Assembly: GCA_964561115.1 (NCBI GenBank)
Contig: CAZLOE010000003.1
Coordinates: 2,691 to 66,690 of the forward strand
Direction of reading: 5' to 3'
Length of the DNA: 64,000 nucleotides
From: an uncultured Actinomycetota bacterium
GTDB taxonomy: Bacteria > Actinomycetota > Humimicrobiia > Humimicrobiales > Humimicrobiaceae
The translations under genes and the position numbers were made by a program. A model generated the notes under the pieces. That model worked only from the letters and a program-made list of their open reading frames with translations, had not been told where the DNA came from and ran no database searches. How positions within the stretch are numbered: the stretch's first letter is position 1; every line of letters begins with the position of its first letter. Shown piece after piece: positions 20,625 through 31,168 of the stretch.

Positions 20625-21761
20625 TTAATCCTTAAAAACTACCAGGCAATCCCTGTGAATTACTTCACTGCACATAGCATCATTAAATTCAGATAAAATC
20701 TTTTTCTGGTTCTTGCCCTTTATTTTTAATATATCATCACTGGAAAAATTACTTATTCCCTTAGCAATAAGTTTATTGTCCATGGAAAACACTTTTAATG
20801 TATCGCCTTTATTAAACTTCCCGCTGACTTTTACCACCCCTACCGGCAGGATGCTTTTGCCTTTATTTAACACAGCCTCTTCTGCCCCCTTATCTATGAT
20901 TATGGCACCCTTGGTCTTCATACCGAAAGCTATCCATTTCTTTATGCTTTTTACCTTCTTCATAGTCTGTGGAGCAAAAAAAGTCCCCACATTTTTTCCG
21001 GCAAGGATCTCATCAAGTACATTTATTCTTCTGCTGTTGGCGATTATGGTCTTTATACCTGAAAAAGAGCAAATCTTTGCTGCCTTTATTTTAGACTCCA
21101 TTCCTCCAATACCATAAGTCGAGCCGATCCCTCCTGCCGCACTCTCAATATTTTTATCTATTCTGTCGATATATGAAATAAGCTTTGCATCCCTGCTGGT
21201 CCTCGGATTTTTATCATACATCCCTTCAATATCAGTTAAAATCACCAGAACATCCGCCTCTGCCAAAACTGAAACCAGGGCTGCCAGCTCGTCATTATCC
21301 CCAAACTTTATTTCATCTACAGCCGCGCTGTCGTTCTCGTTTATTAAGGGAATCACACCTAAATCAATTAAATTTCTTATAGTATTTCTAATATTCAAAT
21401 ACTGCTCCCTTCTAGTAGTATCCTCCTGGGTAAGTAGTATCTGGCCTATTTTTAAGCCGTTTTTAGAAAACAGATCACCATACAGCTTCATAATTTTCAC
21501 CTGACCTATAGATGCTGCCGCCTGGAGCAGAGTTATTTCCTGCGGTTTTTTTGATATATTTAAATCTTCCAGACCGGCAGCTATGGCACCGCTGGTAACT
21601 ATCATCACTTCAATACCTCTCTTGGCCAGAGAGCTTACTTCGTTTACAAATTTCTCTATATTGGCCCTGTCCAGTCCGCCTGTTTTTAAGGTAAGACTGC
21701 TGGAACCTATCTTTATTACCATTTTTTTAATATTTTTAAGACATCTTCTTTTATCTGTCAT
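20625..21761 (-). CDS. proB: glutamate 5-kinase (with PUA domain)
   Basis: 378 aa. Amino-acid kinase fold with a C-terminal PUA domain. Confidence 0.9.
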   Translation of the reverse strand: MTDKRRCLKNIKKMVIKIGSSSLTLKTGGLDRANIEKFVNEVSSLAKRGIEVMIVTSGAIAAGLEDLNISKKPQEITLLQAAASIGQVKIMKLYGDLFSKNGLKIGQILLTQEDTTRREQYLNIRNTIRNLIDLGVIPLINENDSAAVDEIKFGDNDELAALVSVLAEADVLVILTDIEGMYDKNPRTSRDAKLISYIDRIDKNIESAAGGIGSTYGIGGMESKIKAAKICSFSGIKTIIANSRRINVLDEILAGKNVGTFFAPQTMKKVKSIKKWIAFGMKTKGAIIIDKGAEEAVLNKGKSILPVGVVKVSGKFNKGDTLKVFSMDNKLIAKGISNFSSDDILKIKGKNQKKILSEFNDAMCSEVIHRDCLVVFKD

Positions 21762-21782
21762 GATTTACCTCACATGTAAAGT

Positions 21783-23090
21783 CTATTCTACAAGTGAAAA
21801 AACCAGATCACCGATGATCACTGTGCTTCCTTCTTTAACACCCATCTTTTTTAACCTGTCTGCAATCCCCATTTTCTTAAGCCTGTTTTTTAAATGATCC
21901 AGTGCTTCCTCATTGCTCAGATCTGTCATTGCCACCATTCTCTCTATTTTCTTATTTTTAACCACATATTCACTGTTATTTTTTTCAATCTCAATTTTAT
22001 CCATCCCCGATTTACTATCATTCAGGCTGTAAACACTGACTTTCCCCGCTTTATCAGGACTGCTCTCTTCATCCTTCCGGATCTTTCTTCTATATTCATC
22101 TACTCTTTGATATAAATCTTCTACCAGTTTATCGAGGCCTTTTCCTGTGACCGCCGAAATCAGAAATACTTTTTTGCCACTTCTATTTTCAAGGACTTTT
22201 TTGATCTTGACCAGTTCACTGCTGTCCGGTACCAGATCGATTTTATTTATCACCACCACATAATCTTTTTTATATACATCAATATTATATAGTCTTATCT
22301 CTTCTCTTAAAATATCAAAAGTCTCAATTATTTCCTGTATTTTATCTATAATCCTCTGCCCGTCTAAGATCACCACAATCATTGCAGTTCTTGTTATGTG
22401 CCTTAAGAACTTATCTCCCAGACCGACTCCCCTGTGAGCGCCTTTTATCAATCCAGGCACATCCGCAACCACAAAATCTTCATCATTTATTTTTACCATT
22501 CCAAGATTGGGGGTTAAAGTGGTAAAGGGATAATCTGCAATCTTAGGTTTAGCAGCTGATATTCTGCTTATTATAGTAGATTTGCCTGAATTTGGAAATC
22601 CGACCAGTGCCACATCAGCGACAAGCCTAAGTTCCAGATTGACCCAGAAATCCTCTGTCTTTTCCCCTATTTCTGCAAAGGAAGGGAATCTTCTTTTGGA
22701 AGATACAAAACTCGAATTTCCCCTGCCTCCTATTCCACCTTTAGCAATGACAATCTTACTCCCTGAGCTGTCCAGGTCCGCAATTACATTTCCCCTATCA
22801 TCTTTGATTACTGTTCCGATAGGTACTTTTATAATTAAATCTTTCCCATCTTTTCCGTTTTTATTGTTTGATTCTCCTCTTTTACTGTTTTCAGCTTTAA
22901 AATGTATCTTTTTCCGGAATCCGTATAAGGTACTCAGATCTCCAGTGGCCCGTATGATCACATCTCCGCCTTTTCCTCCGTTCCCCCCGCTGGGGATCTT
23001 TTTTGCCCCGCTTTTCAATTTAAAAAAGGTGACAGCGCCGTCTCCGCCATTTCCAGCCTTTATATTGATTTTAGCTTCATCTAAAAACAT
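21783..23090 (-). CDS. obg: GTPase Obg/CgtA
   Basis: 435 aa. A Gly-rich Obg fold is followed by a GTPase (GFPNSGKST) and a TGS-like C-terminal domain. Confidence 0.95.
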   Translation of the reverse strand: MFLDEAKINIKAGNGGDGAVTFFKLKSGAKKIPSGGNGGKGGDVIIRATGDLSTLYGFRKKIHFKAENSKRGESNNKNGKDGKDLIIKVPIGTVIKDDRGNVIADLDSSGSKIVIAKGGIGGRGNSSFVSSKRRFPSFAEIGEKTEDFWVNLELRLVADVALVGFPNSGKSTIISRISAAKPKIADYPFTTLTPNLGMVKINDEDFVVADVPGLIKGAHRGVGLGDKFLRHITRTAMIVVILDGQRIIDKIQEIIETFDILREEIRLYNIDVYKKDYVVVINKIDLVPDSSELVKIKKVLENRSGKKVFLISAVTGKGLDKLVEDLYQRVDEYRRKIRKDEESSPDKAGKVSVYSLNDSKSGMDKIEIEKNNSEYVVKNKKIERMVAMTDLSNEEALDHLKNRLKKMGIADRLKKMGVKEGSTVIIGDLVFSLVE

Positions 23091-23151
23091 ATCATTCCGC
23101 GTTTTTTCCTTTCCCGGTCAAATCTTAAAACCATTAAGGACTTGGGTTTAA

Positions 23152-24168
23152 TCACAGTTTAAAAATCGCTTTATATATTTTTCTTTTCAGCATCAGATCC
23201 AGGCCCTTTTTAAAATCAGAAAGCGGAATAACTTCTGATATGAGAGGAGATAAATCCAACTTTTTTTCTATTACTATATCATAAGCCAGTTTTAAATCCT
23301 TTGGAGTCGCTGAATAAGAGCTTTTTATGACCAGTTCTCTTTTATATACTTTTTCAAAATCAATCTCGAATCTGCTTTCCTGGCCGGAAGCTCCGAAAAT
23401 ATTGATGGCTCCCCCGTCTCTGATATAAGAAAGAGCTTCACCCATAGTATTTTTGCTGGTCACAGTAAGTATGGCAATATCTGCACCAATACCAGTGATT
23501 TTTTTGACTTCTTTTAAAGTATCCTGACAGGACGGGTTTATAATGTAATCCGCTCCAATATTTTTAGCCTGAGATAACCGTCTGCTGTCCAGGTCAACAG
23601 CGATCACCCTGCCCCCTGAAAGTTTTATTAACTGGATAAAAAGCATTCCGATGACTCCTGATCCTACCACAGAAAATATGTCGTTTTTTAAAAATGTTAT
23701 TCTTTCCACAGCTCTAATACAGCAGGCCAGCGGCTCTATAAATAATGATTCAATAAGATTAAAATCGGCAGGTATTTTAAAGGTAGTATATTTTATATGT
23801 TCCTTTGATAATCTTATATACTGACAGAATGAACCAGGGAAAATATTAGTCTCCTTAAAGTGCCTGCACATAGAATGATTACCGTGCAGGCAGTAATGAC
23901 ATTGGTAACAGGGTATATGATGAGCTGCCACCACAATATCTCCCACATCAAATCCTTCTACATCCCCTCCTATTTCAATTATTTTTCCCACTACTTCGTG
24001 CCCGAACACTGCCGGTTTTTTAACTTCAGGATCAAATATTTTTACAATATCTGAACCGCATAGGCCTGTATACATCATCTCTATCAACATCTCATCTTCC
24101 TGTATCTCAGGCTTATCCATTTCTTCCAGTTTAAACTTATCCTTGTTATAACAGAACAGAGCTTTCAT
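23152..24168 (-). CDS. zinc-dependent alcohol/polyol dehydrogenase (MDR superfamily)
   Basis: 338 aa. Catalytic Zn ligands CGSD..H and a structural Zn Cys cluster (CYQCHYC). Rossmann motif GSGVIGM. Confidence 0.8.
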   Translation of the reverse strand: MKALFCYNKDKFKLEEMDKPEIQEDEMLIEMMYTGLCGSDIVKIFDPEVKKPAVFGHEVVGKIIEIGGDVEGFDVGDIVVAAHHIPCYQCHYCLHGNHSMCRHFKETNIFPGSFCQYIRLSKEHIKYTTFKIPADFNLIESLFIEPLACCIRAVERITFLKNDIFSVVGSGVIGMLFIQLIKLSGGRVIAVDLDSRRLSQAKNIGADYIINPSCQDTLKEVKKITGIGADIAILTVTSKNTMGEALSYIRDGGAINIFGASGQESRFEIDFEKVYKRELVIKSSYSATPKDLKLAYDIVIEKKLDLSPLISEVIPLSDFKKGLDLMLKRKIYKAIFKL

Positions 24169-25210
24169 AAGTATTACATCTTATATTATATTTTATACCT
24201 TTACCTTTACTCATAAGTTCCAATGCCTTTATCAGTTCTTCAAGCGGCATATCTGCTGTTATAAACTTAGCCGCATCAATACGGCCCGAGGTTATTAATC
24301 CAAATGCTTTACTCACATATTCAGGAGTATGATGGTACACGCCCTTTATATTCAGCTCCGAGTAGTGGATCAGACCTGTATCAATATTAATAGAAGTACC
24401 GGGCATGCAGCCCCCGAATAGATTTATCAAAGCACCTTTCCTGCCCATCAGTATAGTCATCTCCCATACTTTAGGGATCCCTGTAGCATCAATTGCTACA
24501 TCCACACCTCTATTACCTTCAGTCAATCTCTTTACCTCCAATACCTGATCAGATGCTTTAGCTGCGCTGACAGTATGATCTGCACCAAACTCACTTGCAT
24601 AACCCAGCCTTTCTTCTGACAGGTCAACCGATATTACAACCGCACCCTTAAGTTTGGCCAGCGCTACAAACATAAGACCGATAGGTCCTGCTCCGTTAAC
24701 CACTACTGTGCTTCCTGCTTCAATACCCGACTGCTCTACGCCGTGGACCACACAGGACAGCGGTTCCAGGATTGCTGCTTCCCGGTATTGTATATTATCA
24801 GGTAAAACAAATGAATTTTTTCTTAATATATTCCCTGGAACCCTTATATACTCAGCATAGGCACCATTGTTGTATACCAGATTCTCGCAAATGGAGTACC
24901 TGCCTATCTTGCAGTAATAGCACTTATAACAGGGTACACTGTTTACTGCTACTATCCTGTCTCCCACTTTGAAATTATCCACTTCATCACCTATCTCTAC
25001 AATATCACCCGACCATTCATGACCAAATACTGAAGCCTTTTTTATCATTTTAGGGTGGCCTCTCATATAAGTCTTCACATCCGAACCGCAGGTAAGCGCG
25101 CTTCTTATTTTCACCAGAGCTTCGCCCTCTCCTATCACAGGTATTTCTATTTCTTCATATCTTATATCCTGCGGACCATAAAACAGCTGAGCTTTCATTT
25201 TACCCTTCAT
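24146..25210 (-). CDS. zinc-dependent alcohol/polyol dehydrogenase (MDR superfamily), tandem paralogue
   Basis: 354 aa with CGSDV..H, CYKCYYC and GAGPIGLM. It overlaps the downstream paralogue by 23 nt. Confidence 0.8.
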   Translation of the reverse strand: MKGKMKAQLFYGPQDIRYEEIEIPVIGEGEALVKIRSALTCGSDVKTYMRGHPKMIKKASVFGHEWSGDIVEIGDEVDNFKVGDRIVAVNSVPCYKCYYCKIGRYSICENLVYNNGAYAEYIRVPGNILRKNSFVLPDNIQYREAAILEPLSCVVHGVEQSGIEAGSTVVVNGAGPIGLMFVALAKLKGAVVISVDLSEERLGYASEFGADHTVSAAKASDQVLEVKRLTEGNRGVDVAIDATGIPKVWEMTILMGRKGALINLFGGCMPGTSINIDTGLIHYSELNIKGVYHHTPEYVSKAFGLITSGRIDAAKFITADMPLEELIKALELMSKGKGIKYNIRCNTYESSVLL

Positions 25211-25361
25211 AAATCCTCACTGCTTTGATATCTTTAAAAAACCTTTTTTTAATATGTTACCTAAATATTACAGGAAGAATCTACCGAGTCAAGCAAATAA
25301 AAAACCATCAGTTTAAAATAATAAGTAAATATCTCTGCATTCTTACAGATGTTTTTCTAAT

Positions 25362-26162
25362 CTAAAAAAATAACTGCCTGCCGGTAAAACTGGAAAATAA
25401 ATCTAATGCTACTCTAATTATGGTTATGACCAGAAGTATAATAAAAGTGATTTTTATGACCTTCGGTTTTGTTTTTATATTTAGATATGTACCGATTCTT
25501 GAACCCGCGATAGATCCCAGAGCTACTGAAAGTCCTAAAAAGAAATCAAATCTGACCACCATAAGCTTTCCTATAACTCCAAATATCGAACTACAGAATA
25601 TAATCATAAGGGAGGTGCCTATAGCGATTTTTAAGGGGAAGCCAAAGATAAATACCAGAAGCGGGACATAAAGTGCTCCACCTCCGATTCCCAGTAAACC
25701 AAAAACAAATCCAGCTACTAATGAAATAGGTATGACCTTGAAATAGCATCTCTTATCCGGAACAAGATTTACCGCAATACTGCTTTCTTTAATATCTCTG
25801 CCGCTGTCTCTTTTTATATAAAATAATCCAATAGAAAGAATTGCAGCACAAATATAGACCATCTTTATAGCTGTAGCCGGTATGTATTTGGTAAAATATG
25901 AACCAAAAAAATAGCTGACAGCACTGGTAAGGCCCAAAATAAATCCAAATCTGATATTGATAGTTTTTTGGAGGTAATTAAACAGCGTCCCAAAAGAGCC
26001 GGCAAAGAAGGTCTGCAGTGCAGATATTGCCGTAGCGATCTTTACTTCTACATTAGTAATATATAACAATATTGGGAGGACCAACATACCGCCGCCTATT
26101 CCCAGAAACCCTGCTACAATCCCCCCTAATACTCCGATTCCAAAAAACTCTAAGTATTCCAT
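25362..26162 (-). CDS. TauE/SafE family anion (sulfite/sulfonate) exporter
   Basis: 266 aa with two repeated 4-TM halves (GIGGGML/GIGGGALYVP). Confidence 0.75.
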   Translation of the reverse strand: MEYLEFFGIGVLGGIVAGFLGIGGGMLVLPILLYITNVEVKIATAISALQTFFAGSFGTLFNYLQKTINIRFGFILGLTSAVSYFFGSYFTKYIPATAIKMVYICAAILSIGLFYIKRDSGRDIKESSIAVNLVPDKRCYFKVIPISLVAGFVFGLLGIGGGALYVPLLVFIFGFPLKIAIGTSLMIIFCSSIFGVIGKLMVVRFDFFLGLSVALGSIAGSRIGTYLNIKTKPKVIKITFIILLVITIIRVALDLFSSFTGRQLFF

Positions 26163-26287
26163 ATTGTTTTATTATTATAAAGAACACAAAAGAAAATTTA
26201 AAAAGATAGATAATCTGATATTACAGAAGCTTGAACACCATATATTATCCATACTCTATTCAGTTAAGTCAGGATTCCGGAGGGTCA

Positions 26288-26542
26288 TTACGCAGAAATA
26301 ATATTTATTACTTTACCTTTTTTACTTCTCTTTACAAATTCAACTACGCCATCAGCCCTGGCAAAAAGAGTATGGTCTCTTCCCATACCGACATTAAGAC
26401 CCGGCTTATATTTAGTCCCCCTCTGCCTTACAAGAATATTTCCGGCATTGACCACCTGGCCTCCGGATTTTTTTATACCTAAAAATTTCGGATTACTGTC
26501 TCTTCCATTTCTGCTGCTTCCAACACCCTTTTTACTTGACAT
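26288..26542 (-). CDS. rpmA: 50S ribosomal protein L27
   Basis: 84 aa: [24 protein letters not shown]... Confidence 0.95.
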   Translation of the reverse strand: MSSKKGVGSSRNGRDSNPKFLGIKKSGGQVVNAGNILVRQRGTKYKPGLNVGMGRDHTLFARADGVVEFVKRSKKGKVINIISA

Positions 26543-26554
26543 AAGTTTCTCCTA

Positions 26555-26875
26555 TTATTTTTTCTTCATATTTATTTTATCCATATGCAGTATAGTAAGT
26601 AACTGCCTGTGCCCTACCTTTCTCCTGTACCTTTTTTTGGGCTTATATTTAAAAGCAATTACTTTATCTCCCTTAATCTGTTTCATTATAGTAGCTTTGA
26701 CTTCAGCTTTTGAAAGTATAGGTTTACCGATCTCTATTTTATTACCATCACTTATAAGATTGACATCTTTAAGGGTGATCTTATCTCCTTCTTTTCCTTC
26801 AATTCTTTCTACTACTATATTTTTATTTTCTTCTACCTTATATTGTTTTCCGCCGCTTGTGATTATCGCGTAAAT
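26555..26875 (-). CDS. rplU: 50S ribosomal protein L21, non-AUG (ATT) start
   Basis: Not in the ORF track. Minus-strand translation is IYAIITSGGKQYKVEENKNIVVERIEGK...KVGHRQLLTILHMDKINMKKK, 106 codons. An in-frame TAA upstream leaves only ATT/ATA as possible starts. GGAGG lies 6 nt upstream of the ATT at 26875..26873. Confidence 0.8.
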   Translation of the reverse strand: MYAIITSGGKQYKVEENKNIVVERIEGKEGDKITLKDVNLISDGNKIEIGKPILSKAEVKATIMKQIKGDKVIAFKYKPKKRYRRKVGHRQLLTILHMDKINMKKK

Positions 26876-26974
26876 TTTAATCCTCCGTCTACTCTCTATA
26901 AATTACAGAGTGAAATATTAACACATACCATATAAATCTGTCAATTTCAAAGATTTGCTGTTCCCCAAGCCGTC

Positions 26975-28648
26975 CTAATCGCGTATCTCAGCTACTGCGC
27001 TGGTCCTGGAAATAGACTTGACTTCAACTTTTATTCTCTTACCTAAGTATTTTGCCCCTTCAATAATCTGGATGACAAACCCATTGACTCTGGAAATGGC
27101 ATCATTTTTATTGTAGAGGTAAGGCTCTTCTACTAATAAATCCAGCAAATCACCGACTTTAAACGGCTTGGCAGCATCTTTGATCTCAGCGATCGAACCT
27201 TCGGCAACTACTATAAAAGAATTAAGCGGCAGTTTTGGATCACCCTGAATATCTATATATTTTTTAGTTATATTCTCAAGATGTTTTAAGTTCTTCCCCT
27301 TAGTTCCTATCACAAGTGATGCAATTGCGGTGTTTAATTTTACCAAAAAACCTTTGGAATCACTTTCCCTGGCAAGCTTTCTTATTTTCCTCTCAGTTTC
27401 AAGAGTTATGGTGTCCTCAGATTTTATATATCCCGAACCTTCACAATAGGGACAGATTTTACACATAGTGTCCAGAATCCCGTCAGATACATTTTTTCTG
27501 GTCATTTCCAAAAGCCCGAATTTTGAGAATTGCGATACTTCAGTTTTAGTCCTATCGCTTTCAAGACAATTAAGAAACCTGTTAAAAACTTTATTCCTGT
27601 CCTTTTCACTCACCATATCAATGAAATCAATCACTATTATTCCCCCAATATCTCTAAGTTTCAACTGGCTTATAATAGTCTCAGCTGCCTCAAGATTTGT
27701 TCTCAATATAGTCTGGGCCGAGCTTTTACTTGAAGTATATTTACCAGTATTGACGTCGATTGATGTCATTGCTTCTCCATGATCTATCACTATGAATCCT
27801 CCTGATTTCAGCCATACTTTTCTCTCCAGAGCATTTTCTATGACCTCACTGACATGAAAAGCTTCAAAAAGATCTTCCTTGCCATGGTATAACATTATAT
27901 TGCTGAATTTAGATCCTATAGACTTAAGATATTTGATTATCTCCCTTTTGATCACTTTTTTATCTACATATATACTGCTGAATTCTTCCGAAAAAACATC
28001 CCTCATTATTTTTATGATAAGAGAATACTCGCTGGAAATTAATTTAGGTTTGGTCAGACCAGAAGCTCTTCTCTTGGTATGATCCCACTTCTTTCTAAGC
28101 TGCTTCAGGTCTTTTTTCAATACTGATATATCTGCTTTCCTTGCCGCAGTCCTTACAATCAGGCCACTGTCTTTATTATTTAATCCTTCTGCGATTTTTC
28201 TCAAGTCACCTCGCTCTTTATCACCAAGTCTTCTAGAAATACCTATTCCAGTATTAAACGGTGCCAGAACCAGATATCTGCCTGGTATGGATATGAAAGT
28301 AGTAAGCCGCGCTCCTTTTGTTTTCATGGGATCTTTTGTCACCTGTACCATTACCATCTGGTTAGGCTTCAGTACATACTGTATCTTTTTGGGGATCTCT
28401 TCACCTTCATCGATATCTATATCAAGACCGACTTCATTGACATACAGAAATGCATTTTTATCTTCTCCAATATCCACAAAAGCTGCATTCAGACTGGGTA
28501 GGACATTTTTAACCTTCCCCATATAGATATTTCCCACCAAAGATTTTTTGCTCTTTCGTTCAAAAAAGAGCTGAGTCACCTGTTTTGATTCAAGAATAGC
28601 GACTCTGGTCTCGTTTTTATCCAGACTGATTAACATTTCTTTATACAA
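26975..28648 (-). CDS. rng: ribonuclease G/E family endoribonuclease
   Basis: 557 aa with an S1 domain and the RNase E/G catalytic core. Confidence 0.85.
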   Translation of the reverse strand: MYKEMLISLDKNETRVAILESKQVTQLFFERKSKKSLVGNIYMGKVKNVLPSLNAAFVDIGEDKNAFLYVNEVGLDIDIDEGEEIPKKIQYVLKPNQMVMVQVTKDPMKTKGARLTTFISIPGRYLVLAPFNTGIGISRRLGDKERGDLRKIAEGLNNKDSGLIVRTAARKADISVLKKDLKQLRKKWDHTKRRASGLTKPKLISSEYSLIIKIMRDVFSEEFSSIYVDKKVIKREIIKYLKSIGSKFSNIMLYHGKEDLFEAFHVSEVIENALERKVWLKSGGFIVIDHGEAMTSIDVNTGKYTSSKSSAQTILRTNLEAAETIISQLKLRDIGGIIVIDFIDMVSEKDRNKVFNRFLNCLESDRTKTEVSQFSKFGLLEMTRKNVSDGILDTMCKICPYCEGSGYIKSEDTITLETERKIRKLARESDSKGFLVKLNTAIASLVIGTKGKNLKHLENITKKYIDIQGDPKLPLNSFIVVAEGSIAEIKDAAKPFKVGDLLDLLVEEPYLYNKNDAISRVNGFVIQIIEGAKYLGKRIKVEVKSISRTSAVAEIRD

Positions 28649-28675
28649 TTTTGATCATTCTCCTTTGCCGGTTAC

Positions 28676-29380
28676 TTAGACTACATCCATAGGTGTTTTG
28701 AGCATATTTTCTCTCAATACAAATAATTCTTCTTTTTTTACCTCCCTGACACCAATCCTATAATCCTTTAACCAGCTTGTAAAATATTTATAAAAATCAT
28801 TAAATTTAAAAAATTCATTATTATCTTCTTTAAAAATTTTAGCATATCCAAATAGTTTTAGAAAAAAAATATGAGATCCCGTTCTGCCCTGTTCTATTCC
28901 CAGATCATATATTGCCCGGGAGAAATCAGATTTCTTTAGATCATTTTCCATGGTCTTATAAAATTCTTCCAAAATTCCTCTGTCAGAATAACAGGATTCA
29001 AGCCCGAAAATATAAAGACTTACTGCAACGTCATTCATAAGATTGGCTGTTTCTATAGCTGTCTTCCTGGCTTTAATTACCTGCATCTGCGACTTAAGCT
29101 GTAAATTGACCTTTTTCTTAAACCCCTGACCGCTGATATTTTCATTGATCAGTACATCCGAGTACTCAGCCAGGCTTTCTATCCCCAATGGAGTCGGAGG
29201 GCTAAAAACTATCCTTGGTTTCGGGTTATAGCCCAGGCTGTACTCAATCTTCAGCTCTGCCCTTCTCAAAGCCCGCATTATTATTCTGGTAATATCCAGA
29301 TGGGATAAATATTTAAACTCATCCTTTTTATAAAATTTAAATCTTATCTTGGTCCTGCAGGCATTTCTTTGATTTATCAT
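28676..29380 (-). CDS. TIGR03936/DUF2344 radical-SAM-associated protein
   Basis: 234 aa, immediately downstream of and overlapping the TIGR03960-like radical SAM gene. Confidence 0.6.
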   Translation of the reverse strand: MINQRNACRTKIRFKFYKKDEFKYLSHLDITRIIMRALRRAELKIEYSLGYNPKPRIVFSPPTPLGIESLAEYSDVLINENISGQGFKKKVNLQLKSQMQVIKARKTAIETANLMNDVAVSLYIFGLESCYSDRGILEEFYKTMENDLKKSDFSRAIYDLGIEQGRTGSHIFFLKLFGYAKIFKEDNNEFFKFNDFYKYFTSWLKDYRIGVREVKKEELFVLRENMLKTPMDVV

Positions 29381-31142
29381 ATTCTTTCAGTAAAAATTTT
29401 TTACTTACCCCTATATCTATCATATCCCAGGGTAATATTTCACTGCTTGAAAATCCTCTGGTAGTAAAAAACTCAATATCCAGTCCGGCTTTCCTGAATT
29501 CCTCTTCCCAGATATGCAGTTTGAAATGATCTGTCCAACTATCAAATTTAGATCCACTCTTCCAGGCACCTTCTATGACTTCTCCGACTCTGTCATTGCC
29601 CCTGGACAGGGCACATTCTATCATACTTTTTCCGGGTTCGGTCCAACTCATATTTACATACCGCCTGGGGATATTTTTTAAAATGTAATCAAATTTATCT
29701 TTCAATTTTCCCATACTGTCCTGCTTTACCCACTGAAAGGGCGTAAAGGGTTTAGGGCAAAAAGCATTTATACTAACGTTGATCTTCAATCTTGACAGTT
29801 TATTTCCGGCAATCTGATTTCTTGCTACCCTGATTATCTTTTTTAGCAGCGAGATTATCTGGGTAATATCTTCATCTGTTTCAAACGGTAATCCGATCAT
29901 AAAGTAAAGCTTTATCCTTTCCCAGCCTTTACTAAAAGCCATTCTTATACAGTCAAGTATTTCATCTTCATTTAAGTTTTTATTTATTATATCCCTCATC
30001 CTCTGACTCCCGGCTTCCGGAGCAAAAGTCAAACCTGTTTTTCTACCACTCCTGATAAGCTCTATTAGTTTAGGGCTAAGACTGTCTAACCTTATAGAAG
30101 GCAGTGAAAACGATATCCTCTTTGATTTTAAAGAAGAAGCAATTTTTTCCAGCAAATATTCAATATCCCTGTAATCCGATGAAGATAATGATAAAAATGA
30201 GATCTCATCATAACCGGTACTCTTGATACCGGCAGCTGCCTGCCTGACCAGAGATTTTGCTTCTCTATTTCTCACCGGTCTGTAAATCATACCTGCCTGA
30301 CAGAACCTGCAGCCCCTGCCGCAGCCCCTCATGATCTCTACTGCAAATCTATCGTGGACTGTCTTAATATTGGGTATTACAGGATCCCGGACTATGCAGT
30401 AATTGTTCAAATCCTTTACAGACGCTTTTTTGACCTTTTTTGCCGGCTCAACACTTTTAATCCTGCCATCCTTATAATAATGGAACCGGTAAAATTTTGG
30501 GACATATATTCCATCCAATCTGCTAATCTCTTTTAAGAACCATCCTTTATTTCTATTTTTATCTTTGCATACTTTTACCCTTTCCAGTATAGATATGATC
30601 ACTTCTTCACCATCTCCGATAACCACGAAATCCATGAATTTTGAAAGTGGCTGGGGATTTACAGCTGCAGGACCTCCGGCACAAATAAGGGGAAAGTCTT
30701 CTTTTCTTTCTTCTGATTTTATATTTATTCCGCCAAGATCAAGGATATTTAATATATTAGAATAAAGAAGCTCATGCTGGACAGTAAAACCGATAAGGTC
30801 AAAACAGTCTAAAAATATCCTGTTTTCCAATGAAAATAGTTTTACATTACTTTCCCTGAGTTTCTTTTCGAAATCGATCCAGGGAGAAAAAACCCTTTCT
30901 GCCGTGTAATCTTTATTTTTATTTACTATGTCATATAATATCTGGACTCCCAGATTTGACATACCCACTTCATATATATCAGGAAACACAAGAGCAACAA
31001 ATACCAGATCATAAAAATCGCTTATCTGATTGAACTTCTTACTTTTAGTACCTACTTCACTGTTGACATACCTGCCGGGCTTTTCAATTCCTTTCAGAAT
31101 GTTTTCCAGCAGGCTAAAATCCAATCTCTTAATTTCTTTCAT
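29337..31142 (-). CDS. B12-binding-domain radical SAM protein (TIGR03960-like)
   Basis: 601 aa. The CGRGCRFC cluster (CxxxCxxC) follows an N-terminal B12-binding-like domain. Confidence 0.7.
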   Translation of the reverse strand: MKEIKRLDFSLLENILKGIEKPGRYVNSEVGTKSKKFNQISDFYDLVFVALVFPDIYEVGMSNLGVQILYDIVNKNKDYTAERVFSPWIDFEKKLRESNVKLFSLENRIFLDCFDLIGFTVQHELLYSNILNILDLGGINIKSEERKEDFPLICAGGPAAVNPQPLSKFMDFVVIGDGEEVIISILERVKVCKDKNRNKGWFLKEISRLDGIYVPKFYRFHYYKDGRIKSVEPAKKVKKASVKDLNNYCIVRDPVIPNIKTVHDRFAVEIMRGCGRGCRFCQAGMIYRPVRNREAKSLVRQAAAGIKSTGYDEISFLSLSSSDYRDIEYLLEKIASSLKSKRISFSLPSIRLDSLSPKLIELIRSGRKTGLTFAPEAGSQRMRDIINKNLNEDEILDCIRMAFSKGWERIKLYFMIGLPFETDEDITQIISLLKKIIRVARNQIAGNKLSRLKINVSINAFCPKPFTPFQWVKQDSMGKLKDKFDYILKNIPRRYVNMSWTEPGKSMIECALSRGNDRVGEVIEGAWKSGSKFDSWTDHFKLHIWEEEFRKAGLDIEFFTTRGFSSSEILPWDMIDIGVSKKFLLKEYDKSKKCLQDQDKI

Positions 31143-31168
31143 ATTTAATTATCCTAAAGATTTATAGA

